DNA of 64,000 nucleotides. Origin: Epiperipatus broadwayi. Taxonomy: Eukaryota > Animalia > Onychophora. The position numbers and the translations under genes were made by a program. Location: assembly GCA_028023455.1 (NCBI GenBank), contig JAQFVV010000005.1, positions 1,240,001 to 1,304,000 on the forward strand, read 5' to 3'. Under the pieces are notes generated by a model, which made no database searches, was not told the origin of the DNA, and was given only the letters and a program-made list of their open reading frames with translations. How positions within the stretch are numbered: position 1 is the stretch's first letter; the number at the start of each line of letters is the position of its first letter. Below are positions 1 through 14,600 of this stretch, in pieces.

Positions 1-860
1 GGGATCACTACAATGCAGAGTTTTATAAACCATTGATTGAATATAACTGACTTCTTTTTATAATCTTCATACTTTATTACAAAAAACCATGTACACACTA
101 TTTTTATAGGGGTGTTTTTATTTATCTACTAATCAAAATAATATAGCTAGAGTGATTATATATTTCTGTAAAATTTACGATGCTTGGTTTTTTTAAATAT
201 TGGACTTCTGAATTTCAGTGCAGAGAATTGAAAGTTTAAAGAGTCTTAAGATTTGAATTGAAGGTGATAAAGTTTGTTGAAAGCTTAAGCTTATTATCAA
301 AGTATCATTGGGATGAGAGAAGTAGTGTTGGGGGAAGTGAAAAGACACGAGTATAAATTGAAAAATTACATACTGACTGTAGGCAAAAAGAATATATTTG
401 TTTAATTCCATATATTTTTACATACTTACATAGAATTGGTTATAGGTATAAGATTAAGTGTACCTGTATGTAATCAGTACAAGAGGATTTCCAAGTTTAC
501 ATAAGTAAGCTGACTGGCACACAAAACTGTAAGCAGTGATATACTGCTTTCAGTAGATTATAACTAAACATATAATAGAATGTAATTCAATATGCATTGC
601 TCTGAAAATGTAAGTTATTTATTTATTCTAAGCCAAAGAAATCCAAGTAGAATTTGCAGCAAAAGAGAGTTGTGAATTTACACACTTTTATTAGTATAAT
701 GAATTGATTTTATGATAATGATAGCACCAAGAAAATACTCTATATCTATGTAAGTATAAATAAAATATAAAATAACTACTTTGGGGCAAAGGCTTCTCTT
801 ACAAACTGAAATAGCATTATCACGTTAACAAGTCAACCAATGGTGTGGGTGTGCATATAT

Positions 861-1061
861 ATATAATTAAGTTCCAACCAGTAACCACCTAAACATTCAC
901 AATAATATATAGTAATCAATATTTCTCACTGCTGTCAAGGCAACCTTCACACCTTTTAATAGCAAGAAGGTGTGAAAGTTGCCTTGACAGCAGTGAGAAA
1001 TATTGATTACTATATTTTACTGTGAATGTTTAGGTGGTTACTGGTTGGAACTTAATTATAT
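861..1061. repeat. Near-perfect palindrome with ~95-bp arms
   Basis: atataattaagttccaaccagtaaccacc...ttcacacctt [short loop] aaggtgtgaa...ggtggttactggttggaacttaattatat. Confidence 0.95.
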
Positions 1062-1809
1062 CATTATCCCAGATTAGCTTTAGGCACTATTTCGCTTATA
1101 TATATATATATATTGTGCCAGACATTATTAAATGGTCTTGCACAAAATCTGCTGTAAAGAATATTACAGCAGATACATATATAGATTTGTACATATTAGG
1201 CACAACAAATATATAAATGCGCTATATTAATAATGGAAGTTGGATCTGAGCAATTAGAATAGCCACACACACCAATCTAAAGAAAACATTTAATGGTCAC
1301 ACAAATATTGTACACATATAATAAACTCATGTATTTTTTTTTATTTTTCATTTTTGTATATTTTATGATATGTTATTTTATGTATTTTGCTTTTTTCTGA
1401 AAAATTCAAATAGAGAAAAGCAAATTTATTAAACAAATGGATCAAATGTTGGAACATATTAGTAAAGTAAATAATTGAAGCAATTGTTCCAACATACTTG
1501 TATATATTTTTTTTATTATATTTTTTTTTAATTACTTTTTTAAAAACTAATTTTATTCTGTAAACTAAGAATGTTAATTGCTTTTGCAAAAATCTGATCA
1601 AAAGCAAAATGTTTGATAATGCTATAATTAAACTGTTATCTTTTTAAAAATTCTTTTGAATTGATTTTGTAAGCAAGTGGTCTGGGTTATTCAAGATGGA
1701 AACCATTATATCAAACTTAAAATGTAGAATTTAATCGGAAAAATTGTAAGAAATGTTATAATCTAAATGATAAGATAAATTGAAAGGATTGGCTGATTCA
1801 TACTTCTCA

Positions 1810-1925
1810 GAGGGCTAGTGGAATTGATATAGTTTAGTCAGTGCTGTGAGATTCATTCTTTCTTTGGCAGTCGTTCTGGGCAAGTCATTCAGTACTTTGG
1901 CTCCAGAGTTTGGTAAATCATCTAG
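1810..1925 (+). mobile_element. Possible old tRNA/CORE-like SINE remnant
   Basis: ctgggcaagtcattca resembles the CORE-SINE GGGCAAGTCACTTA box, preceded by decayed tRNA-like sequence. Confidence 0.3.
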
Positions 1926-2843
1926 CTACTTGAGATTAATTTATGGAGTAGACTACAGCAGATAATTTCTAAGAAGAAATCCATTGTACAGTTCTTTTAA
2001 GAACTAATGATTTCTTAAGATTTAATGAACATTTAATAAAATTTATGTTCATATACGAACAAAGGAAAATATGAAGCAATCTACCAGAGAGTCCAGTAAA
2101 AATGACCGTGGGGTAGACAACCAGCCAGCGCACCGCCCTTTCTCTATCCCAAGCCGCCAAGATGTGACCACGCCAGTTCCAGCCGCCAATGATGATGACC
2201 AACGCCGCCTTGCTAAATAGATGAAATCCTCACTACACAGCCAGTTGACTTGAAGCCCACTCAGAGTCCAGATGAGAAGAATGAAGACGCAGACATAAGT
2301 TTATTTTAAGATGTTTTATTAATATTGAGATAATTAACTTTGATATTTCCGATTAAATATATTCTTATTTCTTGATTATTATTATTAATCATTTAAAAAA
2401 AGAGAGTTTGTCTCTCGCATATGTATATTGAATTTACAGTTATCACGGGCATAAATGTTAAAGCTTTTACTTAAATCTTTTGAGTCAATTTTTCTGTTTT
2501 AAATTCTAGTATTTTCAACAAAGATTGCAATGAGATTCTTTTTTTTTGTTGTTGCTATTCGTTTTCCTCTTGTTGTTACTCCTGAAATTCGTCATATATA
2601 AACATACATATATATATATGCGTACATACGCTTATAATATTCGGTAAATACGATATCTCATGCTGAATATCTAAAAATGTATTTAACTGTATATCCTTTT
2701 TAAGTTATTTTTTTTGTCACTGCTGCACCTTATGATGCGTGCAAGAAGGGATTGATCTATTATAGATTCCCTGTGAGCAAGTACTATAATAACTTTATAT
2801 TTAAAGTAATAGTAAGTATAAAATTGTGCTGCGCGTATATACA

Positions 2844-5137
2844 TGTACAGGAATTTATCTATAGCAAGAGGGAAATAGATACAGTACCTTATGGTGAGTA
2901 CGATATAGTATCTGAGCCAAGGCAACCTTGTTGACTTGTTGAAAAGTATGAAATTAGTGAAATATCTCATATTGCAAATATACATATGCATAGTTGTTTT
3001 TTTTTTTTTTGTTTTTTTATTTGCTATCAATAAAAAGGTTTTAAAGTTATCAGTAAAAGCGTATGCCTGTATGACCGAAAATCTCATATCTGTATATCAA
3101 ATCACACAAAGTAAAATTTATTTCTATTGGGTAAAAAGAGCTCAGACCACTTCCATTACTTATAAACATTGTAAATAGCTTTAGGGATTTATTATTTTTT
3201 TAATTTAAAATTGTATTTTATCTATATCAACGCCTCGAATATATATGGTTTGGGATAATTAATTATTTAGTATTTGTTATTATATCATCATTAGTATGAA
3301 ACGGTGGTGGGTATTTGGGATTAAATAAATATTTAATCATAATATTAAACTTGTTTCGTTTTCATATTATTATTTATATTGATCAAAATGTATTCTTTCC
3401 TTATCAACCACGTACCGGTAATAATCATTTAACTTACCCATTTGAAGACCCTAGATTGTAGAGTGACTGAATTAGCCACAAAGGGATATTGCTCTACCGG
3501 GGTGTTAAATCTTATTCTTATGCTCTGCTGAACATATGGTATTGCACACCCTTCTAGGAGGGAGGAAAAATTCATTTTTTTGATTCTTTTCTAGAAGTGG
3601 CGCGCAAAGGTCTATTTTGTAAATAGATTTTTCAAAGGTGTGTACTTGCCATTGTTCTAAATGTTCGGGCATTCAAATAAGATATCAACTAAAGGGTGTT
3701 TTTAACTGGAAGAGTCCTGTCAATTCACTCTTTCTATCAATTTAGCTGAAACTACCAATATACATGAGTAACAGACAATTGGCTAGATTGATATCCATTT
3801 CTTTACCTGTTGAATCTTGGTCACTTCATGCTCAGTGCAAGATTAGGAAGAGAATTCCGCAGGGAGTATGGACTGGTACAGCAAAACTGGCGCCACACGT
3901 GGTTTAAATGTAAAAATGCTACGATTAAGGAAAGAACAAGTTAAATTATATAATATGTAAATTACGGTAAAAGTAAATTACGTGATATGTGTCTATATAA
4001 ACTTAATGTAGGCGTAAATAAAAACTAAATTAAAAGTTGACTATATATATAAGAGAAATTATATAAAATTCGATCATTAGTTGTTGTTTTCAAAGGTATA
4101 GTGTAATTAATAGGCCGTACAAACGAACACGCTTAGTTTGCTATATGTATATATTTTTTAAAGTTATTCTTAAATAATTTAAAATATTTTACTCAGTAAT
4201 TTGCAGTTCCAAAATGATAGTGTTATTCTTTGTAGCGACGAATATTTAATACTGTATATATTTAATGATTCAAATTGTTAGCAATAAATCAAATGCTCAC
4301 ACTGTATTCTATAAGTTACTATATAAATAAAATAGACTTCGGAGTTATTTTAAATAAGTATACATGTAATATATTGACGGTTGATTCTTTTATCTTAATA
4401 ATTGCTTAACAATTTTCACTTTAAACCGGATCGCTAACATTTTATTAGATAAGTAAAGCTGCCATTTAATCTGAGTAAAAACCGACGTCAACTTGTGAAA
4501 TTAAAATAGAAATAAAATCTATTAAATGAATGAGTTGGGGGAAAATAATGTCACACTTTGCATATGTACGTATATAAGTATGGACGGAGGATTTCTATAA
4601 ATGGTTATTACAAATAAAAGTAATAATTTATAACGTAATATTTTAAAATAACTTACAATTGAGTTTATTGTTTTTGTTTTAAAAAGAGAGAAAATAGACA
4701 TTTAGATACAGGTATAAAACCTGGTTATCAAACATAGCGTGATGTTTTAAAATAACTTATACTTGAATTCACTGTTGTTTATTAGAAAAAAAGTAAAATG
4801 AAATACTGTTAAATACTTGCTTAACGAATGAAAGTTTCGTAATGATTTTAAAATAATTTATACTTGAATTTGCTGTTGTTTATAAAAAATAATAAGTAAA
4901 ATGAAATACTGTTAAATACTGGCTTAATATGAATTAAAAGTTCGTAACGATTTAAAATAACTTATACTTGAAGTTTTTTTTGTTTTGCTTTCTATCAATT
5001 TAGCTGGGAGTACCAATATACATGAGTACAGACAATCGGCTAGATTGATATCCATTTCTTTTCCTGTTGAATCTTGGTCACTTCATGCTCAGTGCAAGAT
5101 TAGGAAGAGAATTCCGCAGGGAGTATGGACTGGTACA
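2844..5137 (+). mobile_element. Internally deleted LTR-type element: ~150-bp direct repeats (3731-3880 and 4989-5137) plus a PBS-like sequence
   Basis: Near-identical direct repeats ending ...ggactggtaCA. TGGCGCCACACGTGG at 3888-3902 matches the tRNA-Lys(CTT) PBS TGGCGCCCAACGTGG at 13/15 positions. Possible start TGTACAG at 2844, with flanks ataca/atata. Confidence 0.5.
4641..4975 (+). repeat. ~105-bp tandem repeat, about 3.3 copies
   Basis: Recurring ttttaaaataacttatacttgaatt...gtaaaatgaaatactgttaaatact...gttcgtaa. Confidence 0.85.
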
Positions 5138-6642
5138 ATATATATATATTAGGTAAATATGTTTATAAATACAGCATTTGTAAACTAAATTTCTGGGATC
5201 TTATTACTCAAGAAATATATATAAATTGATATATCACTTTTGAGGAGGTATGTGTAGCTTGGTTTAAGTTAAAATATCTTGTTGGGTATAAATGTTATCT
5301 ATATGTTCCTCCGTCCATTTCCATCTGACAATACACATATATCTGCCTAACTCTGTAATCGGTAGGTCTATCTGTTATATATTTGGTGTAAATCTGAGTT
5401 TGGTGTGTGTGTAAATATGTATATCTAATTCAATGAGTTATAGAATTAAAAAGTTGGAACTTAAAGAGTTATTAACTATATATAATATTTATGTATGTTT
5501 GTATATATATATAACTATTCTATTTAAAACAAAATAAATGCTTATTTAGATAAAGGTCGTTTAAGGTTTGAAATGGAGACAGGGAGGTTTCTTCTTAAGA
5601 ATTTTGAAGTGTTTGCATCAGCATAATTGTTTTCTCTGGGCTGTTGCCACTTGGCCAAGCACTACCATCTGCCACCACCAGTTCGCTTGGATGGAGAAAT
5701 ATTGGACAAATTTGTATCTTGAGTGTAACTAACTAATTGTGACTCCAAACTTTCCTCTACTCCAATTGAGCTTTTTTTTTTTTTTTGATAAGTTTGTTTA
5801 GATATATATAAACAATTTTTTAAAGAATATATATCTAAAATTGTTAACATATTAGGATAAAAAATAAAAAAATTGTTGTGAGTGAATAATAAAGGTCACA
5901 GTGGTTATTTTTGTTTTAGAAAAAGAAAAGGAAGCCAAGCAAAAACTCCTTTTTATAAATGATTCATAAGTTCTAGATATTTTAATCTGAATTTTATATC
6001 ATCTCAAAGCATTTATTTCACTTACGAATGAAAAACATATACACTTATACACGCACAAAAATACCACACGCTCGGTTATATTATGTGATTTGAGTTTCTG
6101 TAGCAGAAAATAAATCTTATATTACTATGTGTCTATGTTGTTTACTTATTTAAAAAAACAATATTGAAGAATATAAAAATATGTAATTATCCTTCATCCA
6201 ATTTTCTATCATTATAATAATTTATGGACTTAAACAATTAAAATATTTATGTATGCATATGTATATTTAATGACATGGAGATAATACGGACTTGGACAAT
6301 TGAAATATTTGCGTGTATATATGTACGTGTATTATTTAATAATATAGAGATCTAATAAATGAATAATTGGTTAATAATCAAACAAATATTTTATATTACA
6401 CAAATAACATATTCAAAAAATTTACTGATCATCATATATAAAAGATATTCACATATGGTCTTTGAATAAGAAACTTTTTGCATGCTGCTGAAAACTACTT
6501 GGTTTAGTAATGCCATTGGCAGTTAAATCACAGTGAAAGAGATAATCTAATAGAATCGACTTGGGTATTTTAAACCCAAACATGAACTTATGTATGTTCA
6601 TCATACTAATTATGAAGTGATATTTATGTTCAAGAACCATAT

Positions 6643-6776
6643 ATGAGATAGATGGATATAATAAGGAAGTGTTGGCATGATGTGAAGAAGAGAGGCTAGA
6701 AATCAGAAAAGCTGGATTAAAGTTGAAGAGATGTTCATCCTGCAGTGGATCAATAATGGTTGAAAATGATAATGAT
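6643..6776 (+). mobile_element. RTE LINE 3'-end fragment
   Basis: ttcatcctgcagtggatcaataatggttgaaaatgataatgat matches the 3' end and tail of the 24.1-kb copy. Confidence 0.85.
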
Positions 6777-9700
6777 CTGCGTGCTTCACAGTTATTTTAC
6801 AAAAATAATCTAATTCGATGATTTTTTACTTTTTCTTATTTAAATGTAATTCTGTATTTAAAAATTTTGTGTGTTTAACAAGAAATGGTTATAAATTTAT
6901 AAAGTATTTAACATGCTGAGCATACGATCAGCAGGGCGCTGTAAGCTGTTTATATAATGGACAGATAATATTTAAAAAATACTAGAGATTATGTAAATAT
7001 TAAATTTATGCAATCCATTTCTTTGATAAAGGTATGCGTGATTTTTTTCTTATTGCGTGAGAGTTAATGGCAATAAAGTATGACTCCTTAATTTTGCACT
7101 TTTTTGTCATCTCGCTCAACACATATTATATTAATCTCTTATGGGGTTGAAGATGTGACTATATTCCAGTTTGTGTTCCAAGAAAATAATAAATGACTGC
7201 CATCTTATTATGACTGCAACATATCTTCCTTGATATTTATGTAATTTTAAGATGTAAGAATATATGTTCTTTATTAAATCTTCCCCCCCTCCCTCAAGAT
7301 GTACTGATTGAGAACTATGAAAATACTTTTTTTTCTCATTTTATAACTTTTTCCAGATAGTGCTTAATTTATTCAATTGTCACTTTTTGTTTCTATTTTT
7401 GGCCATGATTCTGACACAAAATGACCAATATGATTTGAAGATTTTGAAAAGGCCCAATAGTATGAACAAATGAAGTTGAACTAGATATATTGCTAGAAGA
7501 AATAATACTAGATGGAATATCTGAACTTAGTCTTAGATTGTAAATGATCACATGTGAGATAAATGAACATAATCAAGATAAACCTCAGCTCTACAATCCT
7601 AATAACTTCTCCTTTAACATCTGGCAGTAGTACAATTTAGAAAAAAGACTTAGCCCATAATTTAGATAATGCTGATGATATATTTGAATATGAAACTAAT
7701 TTGTGGGATGAGACAGAAAACAAGAACAGCACAAAACTAAATGTTTTCATTACCTTAATAACAAAATTGATTTAACAACAAATGAAGATAGAGAAATAAA
7801 GTACTACTAATAAAAAGAATCATAAAATTATAAATACACCAATTGATACTCGCATCCTGAGAAATATACACATAAAAATAATATTGACAACTAAACAAAA
7901 AACTGACAAAACATACCTCAAAATATTATATTGACAATGTCAATATAATAAAAAAAGTTGAGAGAAATTTCATACCTATAAAAAATAAATAATAATAATT
8001 ATATAATACATTTATATATATATCACCTTGGATTTTATGGTAATTTGTAAGCTTACAGATATTTATTAACTTCAGAATCTTCTTTTCATCCAGGCAGGGT
8101 TTGTATTTGTTACAAAGTTTTCATTTAAAATATACAATTTTTTATATATATTTGTCACAGGATTTTCTTTTAAATTATGCAGAGTTACTTTCCTGGCAAT
8201 ACGTTGAGAACGCTAAACCATAAAATCAAGGCATCATATGTGCCACCTAGATGAGTAAGGTCTTCATTACATTTTGTTTAGAGTAACATAGAGGTAATAA
8301 TTAGACAGGCACTTAAAAAAACAATTTAGCAAATGCTAGGAGGAACAAACTACATCATGAAGGAATTGAACTGTGGCACACAAAAAATAATTTTATACAG
8401 CCTTTGTCCTTCTAGCAATGAGTGCTGACTTGCTAAATGTTCCCTTTATCTTTTTTTTACTTTTACATTATCTTCCTGCACTACTTGATAACTGAATACT
8501 ACTTTTTTTAAAACAAAATTATTAATGTTTTCACATATAGGCCTCTGTGGCATCTCTGTATTTAATTAACATTATAGTTCAAAAGTAAAACTTATATTTC
8601 ATGTAAGCTTTGTTAATTAAAATCTACATACCAGAACAAGATTAAAATTATTATATCTGAAAGATAATTGTTTGGATTATTTTATATAAGATATTAATTA
8701 ACTTTCTTTTAATTAAACTACATTTCTCAATTATTTTTAAATCAACAATTCAATTTCTCTCGCTTTTTTTAATCATTATACAAAAGAAAATTACAAAACA
8801 CATTAATAAATGTATATATAAATTCAAAGTGACTTAACTTTGAAATAGTATACCTTTTTGGTGTTTAATGTCCCTTTAATGAAATATGAATCACTAGATA
8901 GACCATTTCATTCTCTTTAAAATGATGCAAGATTGGACTTTGTGGTTTTTACTGTTCATCTGGAATTTGAAACCAGCTTTATTACAGAAGTGAGTTCAAA
9001 AACTGATATTAACAATATGTTTTATTTTTTTTATGCATTACCAAATACATTTATAAATTAAAAGGAGACATTAAACTTAACTTGGGTGAAATGCAAAGAT
9101 TTTTAGATGATATAAGCATTAAACCTTTTTATTAGCAGTTAGCCATTAAGCATACAAAATTCCTTACAAACTTGAATGTACTCTCTGCTTTTGTTTTATT
9201 TCTCTATATAATCAAATACACTTTTGTGCCTAACTGGTATTACAATATAGTGAATCGGGAAATGACTGTGAATCAGTGCATATAGTTTAACATGTTAAGC
9301 GTCTGCCTCTAGTTTACTATAAATCCAAAATCCTTCATATCTAAACTTAGATATATATAATACACATTACTCATGATGATGATGATCATTGCCATTTCAT
9401 TATAATATATGTGAATGCATACATTAATTGATCTGTTAGAAAATGGTTTTATGGCTTTTGGGAATGAAAGTGAGTAATAGAATGGGTGGGTGTGATTGTT
9501 TGCTTTTGTCTGATGCAAGTTATTTCAGTCTCTTTTCACATGTCTATATTGTGCCAGTCAGATAATGTATGTTGGTTTAACTCAGTTCGAATCCTAGGCG
9601 AAAGTACCTCGAGGCCACCCATATGCGAGATATTAAATCAAGAATACTATGATCTCTGCCCTCTTCACCTATTATCGAGTCTAATTATGAACCAACAACA

Positions 9701-9942
9701 TTATCTGAGACATACATAAATTATTTGCTCACCCGACCCAAACTTAGCATCAGGGGAGAGATATGGACAAGAATAATATGGAACTAAATAGTTAAATGTG
9801 CATAAAAGTACTACGAAAAATGTGTTTTGCGTGCCTGGATCATTGGAAAAGCAAAATAAAGCATTAAAATAAAATTAGAAAACTCAAGCTTTTTAGTTAA
9901 ATAATATATTTAATCAATGACTTTTAAAATATTAATAATGTT

Positions 9943-10385
9943 TTAATGGCCTCCGCTATTCCCCTGAGGATTAATGAAAAACTAATTAGGCAATAAAAAC
10001 ATATAGTAACGATATAACATTTTTGCGGTCTAAGTCTTTTCTTCCCAATTTTAATAAAATTGTCAACTCGAATCTCCTCGATAAAGCACAATAAAAAAAA
10101 ATCTTTCGCAAAGCATTTTCTAATTGCTTTGCGCTAAAAACAGTTTAAAATTATTTAAGACATATATAGCTAAATAAGATATACATAATGAGCTAATGGT
10201 GGACAAAAGAGGCGTTATTGAGGAGATCAAGTGGGCAAACAAAGGAAACTTACTCGTATTTAATTTACAGCACAATTGAAATTGGAAAGAATTTAAATGA
10301 GAAATTAACCTTTACTTACACCGCAATGGAATACGAAATATTGATAATATGTTAGCAAAGAGGAATAGCGCAGGAAAAGGGTTAA
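9943..10385. mobile_element. Probable piggyBac-like MITE
   Basis: Right end gaggaatagcgcaggaaaagggTTAA; left end TTAAtggcctccgctattcccct is an imperfect inverted match. Confidence 0.5.
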
Positions 10386-10510
10386 ATATAAATAGATAGA
10401 TAATCACACAAAATATATATATCTAAGATTAGGTTAATAGAAATAATTACGTTACAAATATAATTAAATAAAACAATTCAGAAATATACTACAATAATGC
10501 AATTTAGAAA

Positions 10511-11176
10511 TGTATGATCAAAAAGGGTAGAATAGTAAATAGTTCATGAGGAGAGATACGATTACCGTCCTGGTTCTTTGGTATTGTTCCCCCGACGTTC
10601 GTGGCTTGATCCGTCCATCGATAGGTATTTGTCCAGACAAGGAAAAATGGAAATACTTAGCATTCTTTCAAGAAAAGTCTCACAGACACGGCACAGAGTT
10701 CAGATTAATATTGGTTGGATACTACGGCATTTTGATGGCTTAGGATTTCGGCGGCAGGCAAAGCTATTTGCCTAACCGCCAAACATAATCAACTCCATCA
10801 AGTTCATATGACTTTTAACTGGTCGCATGTTGAACTGATACGTGGTTTTGAGGACGACAGTTGAATAGCTTTTTGGAGCAAAAGCTAAATGAGAAGCAAA
10901 ATCTGAGAAAACTGATTGAATTCTCCCAAAGAGAAAGTTGAAAAAGCAACCAGAGAAATCTCAATGAATTCTCCAAAGAGAAATCTGACTGAAAAGCATG
11001 CACAAGAAAAATCTGAAAGAATTCTCCAAAGAGAAATCTGACCGACAGCAAACAGGGGAAATCTCTAATAGGGAAAAAGCCAAGTTTTTTGTTCTCCTAT
11101 TTATACCTTTTTAGTAAGCTACCTTCTATTGTTTTGCGTATGATCTTAGATCTTGATACACCCCCCCCCACGCTCC
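10511..11176 (-). mobile_element. Probable 3' LTR (~650 bp) with adjacent polypurine tract
   Basis: Reverse strand: PPT GGAGCGTGGGGGGGGG, then TGTAT...ATACA termini, TATA-like GGTATAAATAGG, and internal repeats of cagatttctctttggagaattc. Confidence 0.55.
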
Positions 11177-11438
11177 TTTGTTTCAAGGTAACATTTTCTA
11201 AAAATAACTTTTGCTTTTTTATTCTAAATTTTTTTCTTTAAACTTTGAATTTTATTAATTAAAAAAGAAAGAGAAGGCCATCTTTAATTTGCCTTGAATG
11301 GGCTAATTAATTAAAAATATACATTTCTTTAGAAATGTTGGTGGGCTTATCTCAAAATAAAATTATATGCCATATTTTAATAAGATTTAAAAAGAAAAAT
11401 ACATTCTTATTTCTTTTAATAAAATAAGCATTTTATTT

Positions 11439-11634
11439 CAGCAGAATTTTGCATTAACTCATATATATATACGCTTGACGTATATATATGTTATGTTTGA
11501 TTAAAAGGTTTTAACAAGTAATTTTTTAAACAGCAATTTAATCTTGGAACGGAATTTATTTAAAACGAAATATTTACTGCAAATACAAATTTAATAAACG
11601 TAATTAATTTTAGCTGTAATGCAAAACCCTGCTG
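11439..11634. repeat. Short inverted-repeat element (MITE-like)
   Basis: cagcagaattttgcatta / taatgcaaaaccctgctg. Confidence 0.6.
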
Positions 11635-14600
11635 ATATTGGGCTATAAACTTAATTCAGGTCTACAATACTGATTAAGTCTATAGGAGGCTGTGAAGCAT
11701 GGATCGGACTTTCAGATCCATTGCTTCAATATTATATTTTGTTTACATTTTAAATGCATTTTCACATATATATATATATCATTAAGCTAAAAATATTGCT
11801 TATAAAAGTTTGACAAGATTGCTAATTTTAAATGTATACAAAGTATTATTGTTTTAAACCATTTTTTATATTATCATATTTTTCTTGTATATGCATTATT
11901 GCATGCTAATCGGCACTAGTGTCCACAAAATTGGCAGAGAAATTGGTAAGAACTGAAAGCTTGAAGTAGATTTCTATCTGAATGCTGAATATTTTCATAA
12001 GCAGATGAAAGATAAATGAGGGATGCAATATTTAGTATATCACTAGAAAAAAAAAACATTTGATAAAAATGGATTTCTGATTTCATCAAAGAAAATTTTG
12101 ATGAGATGAAAAATCATCAAAAGTTTAATGCCTTTTGCTAAGTCAGGAGATGACATTTTCATAGATGAAATAAAGAAGTCTGTTGTGAAAGTAGTTATGC
12201 TGGAAGATGAAAGATATATTAAAATATCAAAATAACACAAAATGTTTTAGGAATTAAACTATCTGGAAAGACTAAAAAAAGGGAAAGTGATGAAGAAATG
12301 GTTTGGCATCAATCCTTGAGTTGAGAAGTAAGAGATTATAATCTATCTTTGCAATTGATTTGGTACTTCTATCTTAAAAAATATTCATCTGATTTGATCT
12401 AGAACTTCTACAAGAGACGATTTTTTTGTACTGACCTTCTGTGGTGTATCGTAATTGAACATTTTTTTTTATGCTCACAAACAGGCTTTATGATTTTATG
12501 GTTAGCATATCAGTGTATTGTAGTTTTAGTCTGAGCCAGATAAGCAGTCAGCTTAGGATTAACCTGACTAGCCATCCAACTGTAGCTCAAAATGGGTATT
12601 TAGCTATTCTTAATTGGAATAAACCATCGAAGGTTAATCTGAATCAGATGAATATCGGCATGTTGATTATAAAAAGCAAAAATTATATTGTGAAACAGCT
12701 TTCATTACTGATGAGGGAATTATACTCATCAGTCCATGATTATATTTATTTTTGATGTATCTTTAACTAATTGGCTCATACTATCCTGGATTTATTTTCC
12801 AGCTAACAGATCCATTTATCAACAAATATGCACTGGCTGGTTAAGTTAGTTACTATGAACTAGTTGCTTAAAAAAATTGTGTGATGGGAAATTCTATTAG
12901 CTCTATCTGCTTCAGATTTGACTTCTCGGTTATGCACATAACAGACTAATATATTAATCACTAGTATCATAGGCATTTTTAGGTAGAGATGCCATATTAT
13001 GTTTAGAGTTTCTATAAACTTTCATATAAGAAATTTCACAAATAAATATTATGGAAAATACATTTCTTTAAATATTTGCATTTGTTTATCTTAGAGATGA
13101 TTCTGTATTTTATATTGGCTAAATGAGCAACAGAATAGTTTCCTTTTTATAAGTTCTTTGTATATTCACTGAATTAGAGCTTTAATTCCAAATGCATCCA
13201 GCCATTGTTTGTACTATTTCTGTTAACTATTGTACATATATATATATTTAAAAATAATGTTGGTAATCATATAAACTATTGTTACCCCCCCCCTCCGTTA
13301 AACCAATTGCTGAATTAAACTTTATTTTTATGGATACATTTAAAACCACATTGAATTTTTTTTACAAAAGTAGGCTTTTCATTTAAATGATAATACAAGG
13401 ATTCAGATAAATGCAGATGCAAAATATGAATAAAATTAATGATTAAGTTCATAGATGACATAAATATATAAAGTGTTGGTAAATAATTTTATATTAATCC
13501 AAATATGCATTACTTTTCTTTGATAATTAGTTTTAACTTAAGTGATTGTCGGTTCTTGCTAACCTTTTCGCTAAGAAATGTGATTGGGGTACATGGTTCA
13601 ATTATGATGTGATCATAGAAAGGAGTAGCTATATTTAGGGATTTCTAGAAAGGCAGAACTGTAACTTGTTCATAAAAGGAAATAATAATACTGGATTTAC
13701 TGCCCATTGGAATATTAACGCTCCTATTACAAATAAAGACGACCTTACATTATAATTGTATTTTTATTTTTACAGACAGTGCATTGATTGATACCTGACT
13801 GCTCTAAATTAACATAAGGTCTTTTACCCTCTAACTACTTAGTTGCTGACCATTGTTTAATGGCTTATTGGTTTGGATATGGGTTTGTTATTTGGAAGAA
13901 AAGATCCTAAGATTACTTGTGATTCAAGAACCTTGTCCCAGATTTGAAATTACATATCATAGGCATTGCAGGCAGATGCATTGTCTATTATGCTATAGAG
14001 CCCAATTGCTGTTTATTGATGAAGTGCTTTCACTTTTCCATTTTTCTCTTTCATTTTTATATTGATGCAGGTATTTTTTAGATTGATTGTTTTCGGTTCT
14101 TGCTGACATTAAATTCAGCTGAGAGTACTTACTTGCACAGTTATTTTTTCAGATATGTTTGTAATGAATAGTTTTATTAATTTGTCTCTATACTTTGATG
14201 TTTTTTGACAAAAAATGATTATTGTGAAAAATAACACAACATGACATATAAAACTTGCCTTAATCTTGGCCCAGAAACAACTTGTAAGAATGTGAAGTGC
14301 GTAGAGTTAAGCATTCACATCCTGAGTGATTAATGTTTGAGTATTGTGCTTTTGTATGAGAACAGCTCTTACTAGTTCATTAACACCTAATGAATGAAGT
14401 AATGTGGATTATTTTCAGCACTTGTAGATATATCCCTGCATAGTTCTGAGCTTCCACCAAGAAAAAATGGAAGTAAATAATGTACGTATCATTAATTCAG
14501 ATAAGTAAAATAGTCAAATTTTGATTTATGTTTTGAGAACTCATCTTTCTGAAAGAAAAACTATTTTTTGGTGTGAGTGCTTGATATTGTAAGGGGCAAT

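Noticed and set aside
2851-2893. Exon-like segment EFIYSKREIDTVPY(G) between cag and gtgagt
   Set aside because: No recognisable homology, and it lies at the start of the inferred LTR, so it is probably a chance splice-like signal.
3535-3565. TGGTATTGCAC resembling the U2/U1 snRNA loop
   Set aside because: The flanking sequence does not match U1 or U2; a short chance match.
6450-6545. Minus-strand open segment (D)YLFHCDLTANGITKPSSFQQHAKSFLFKDH with AG/GT ends
   Set aside because: No recognisable motif; such short AG-GT-bounded frames are expected by chance.
8181-8252. Exon-like segment with a good acceptor and a gtaagg donor
   Set aside because: There are stops in all three frames and no link to any gene; at best a non-coding exon, unsupported.
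12706-12733. CTGATGA within a small hairpin
   Set aside because: It is a simple palindrome (ctgatgag/ctcatcag) with no GAAA or stems, so it is not a hammerhead.
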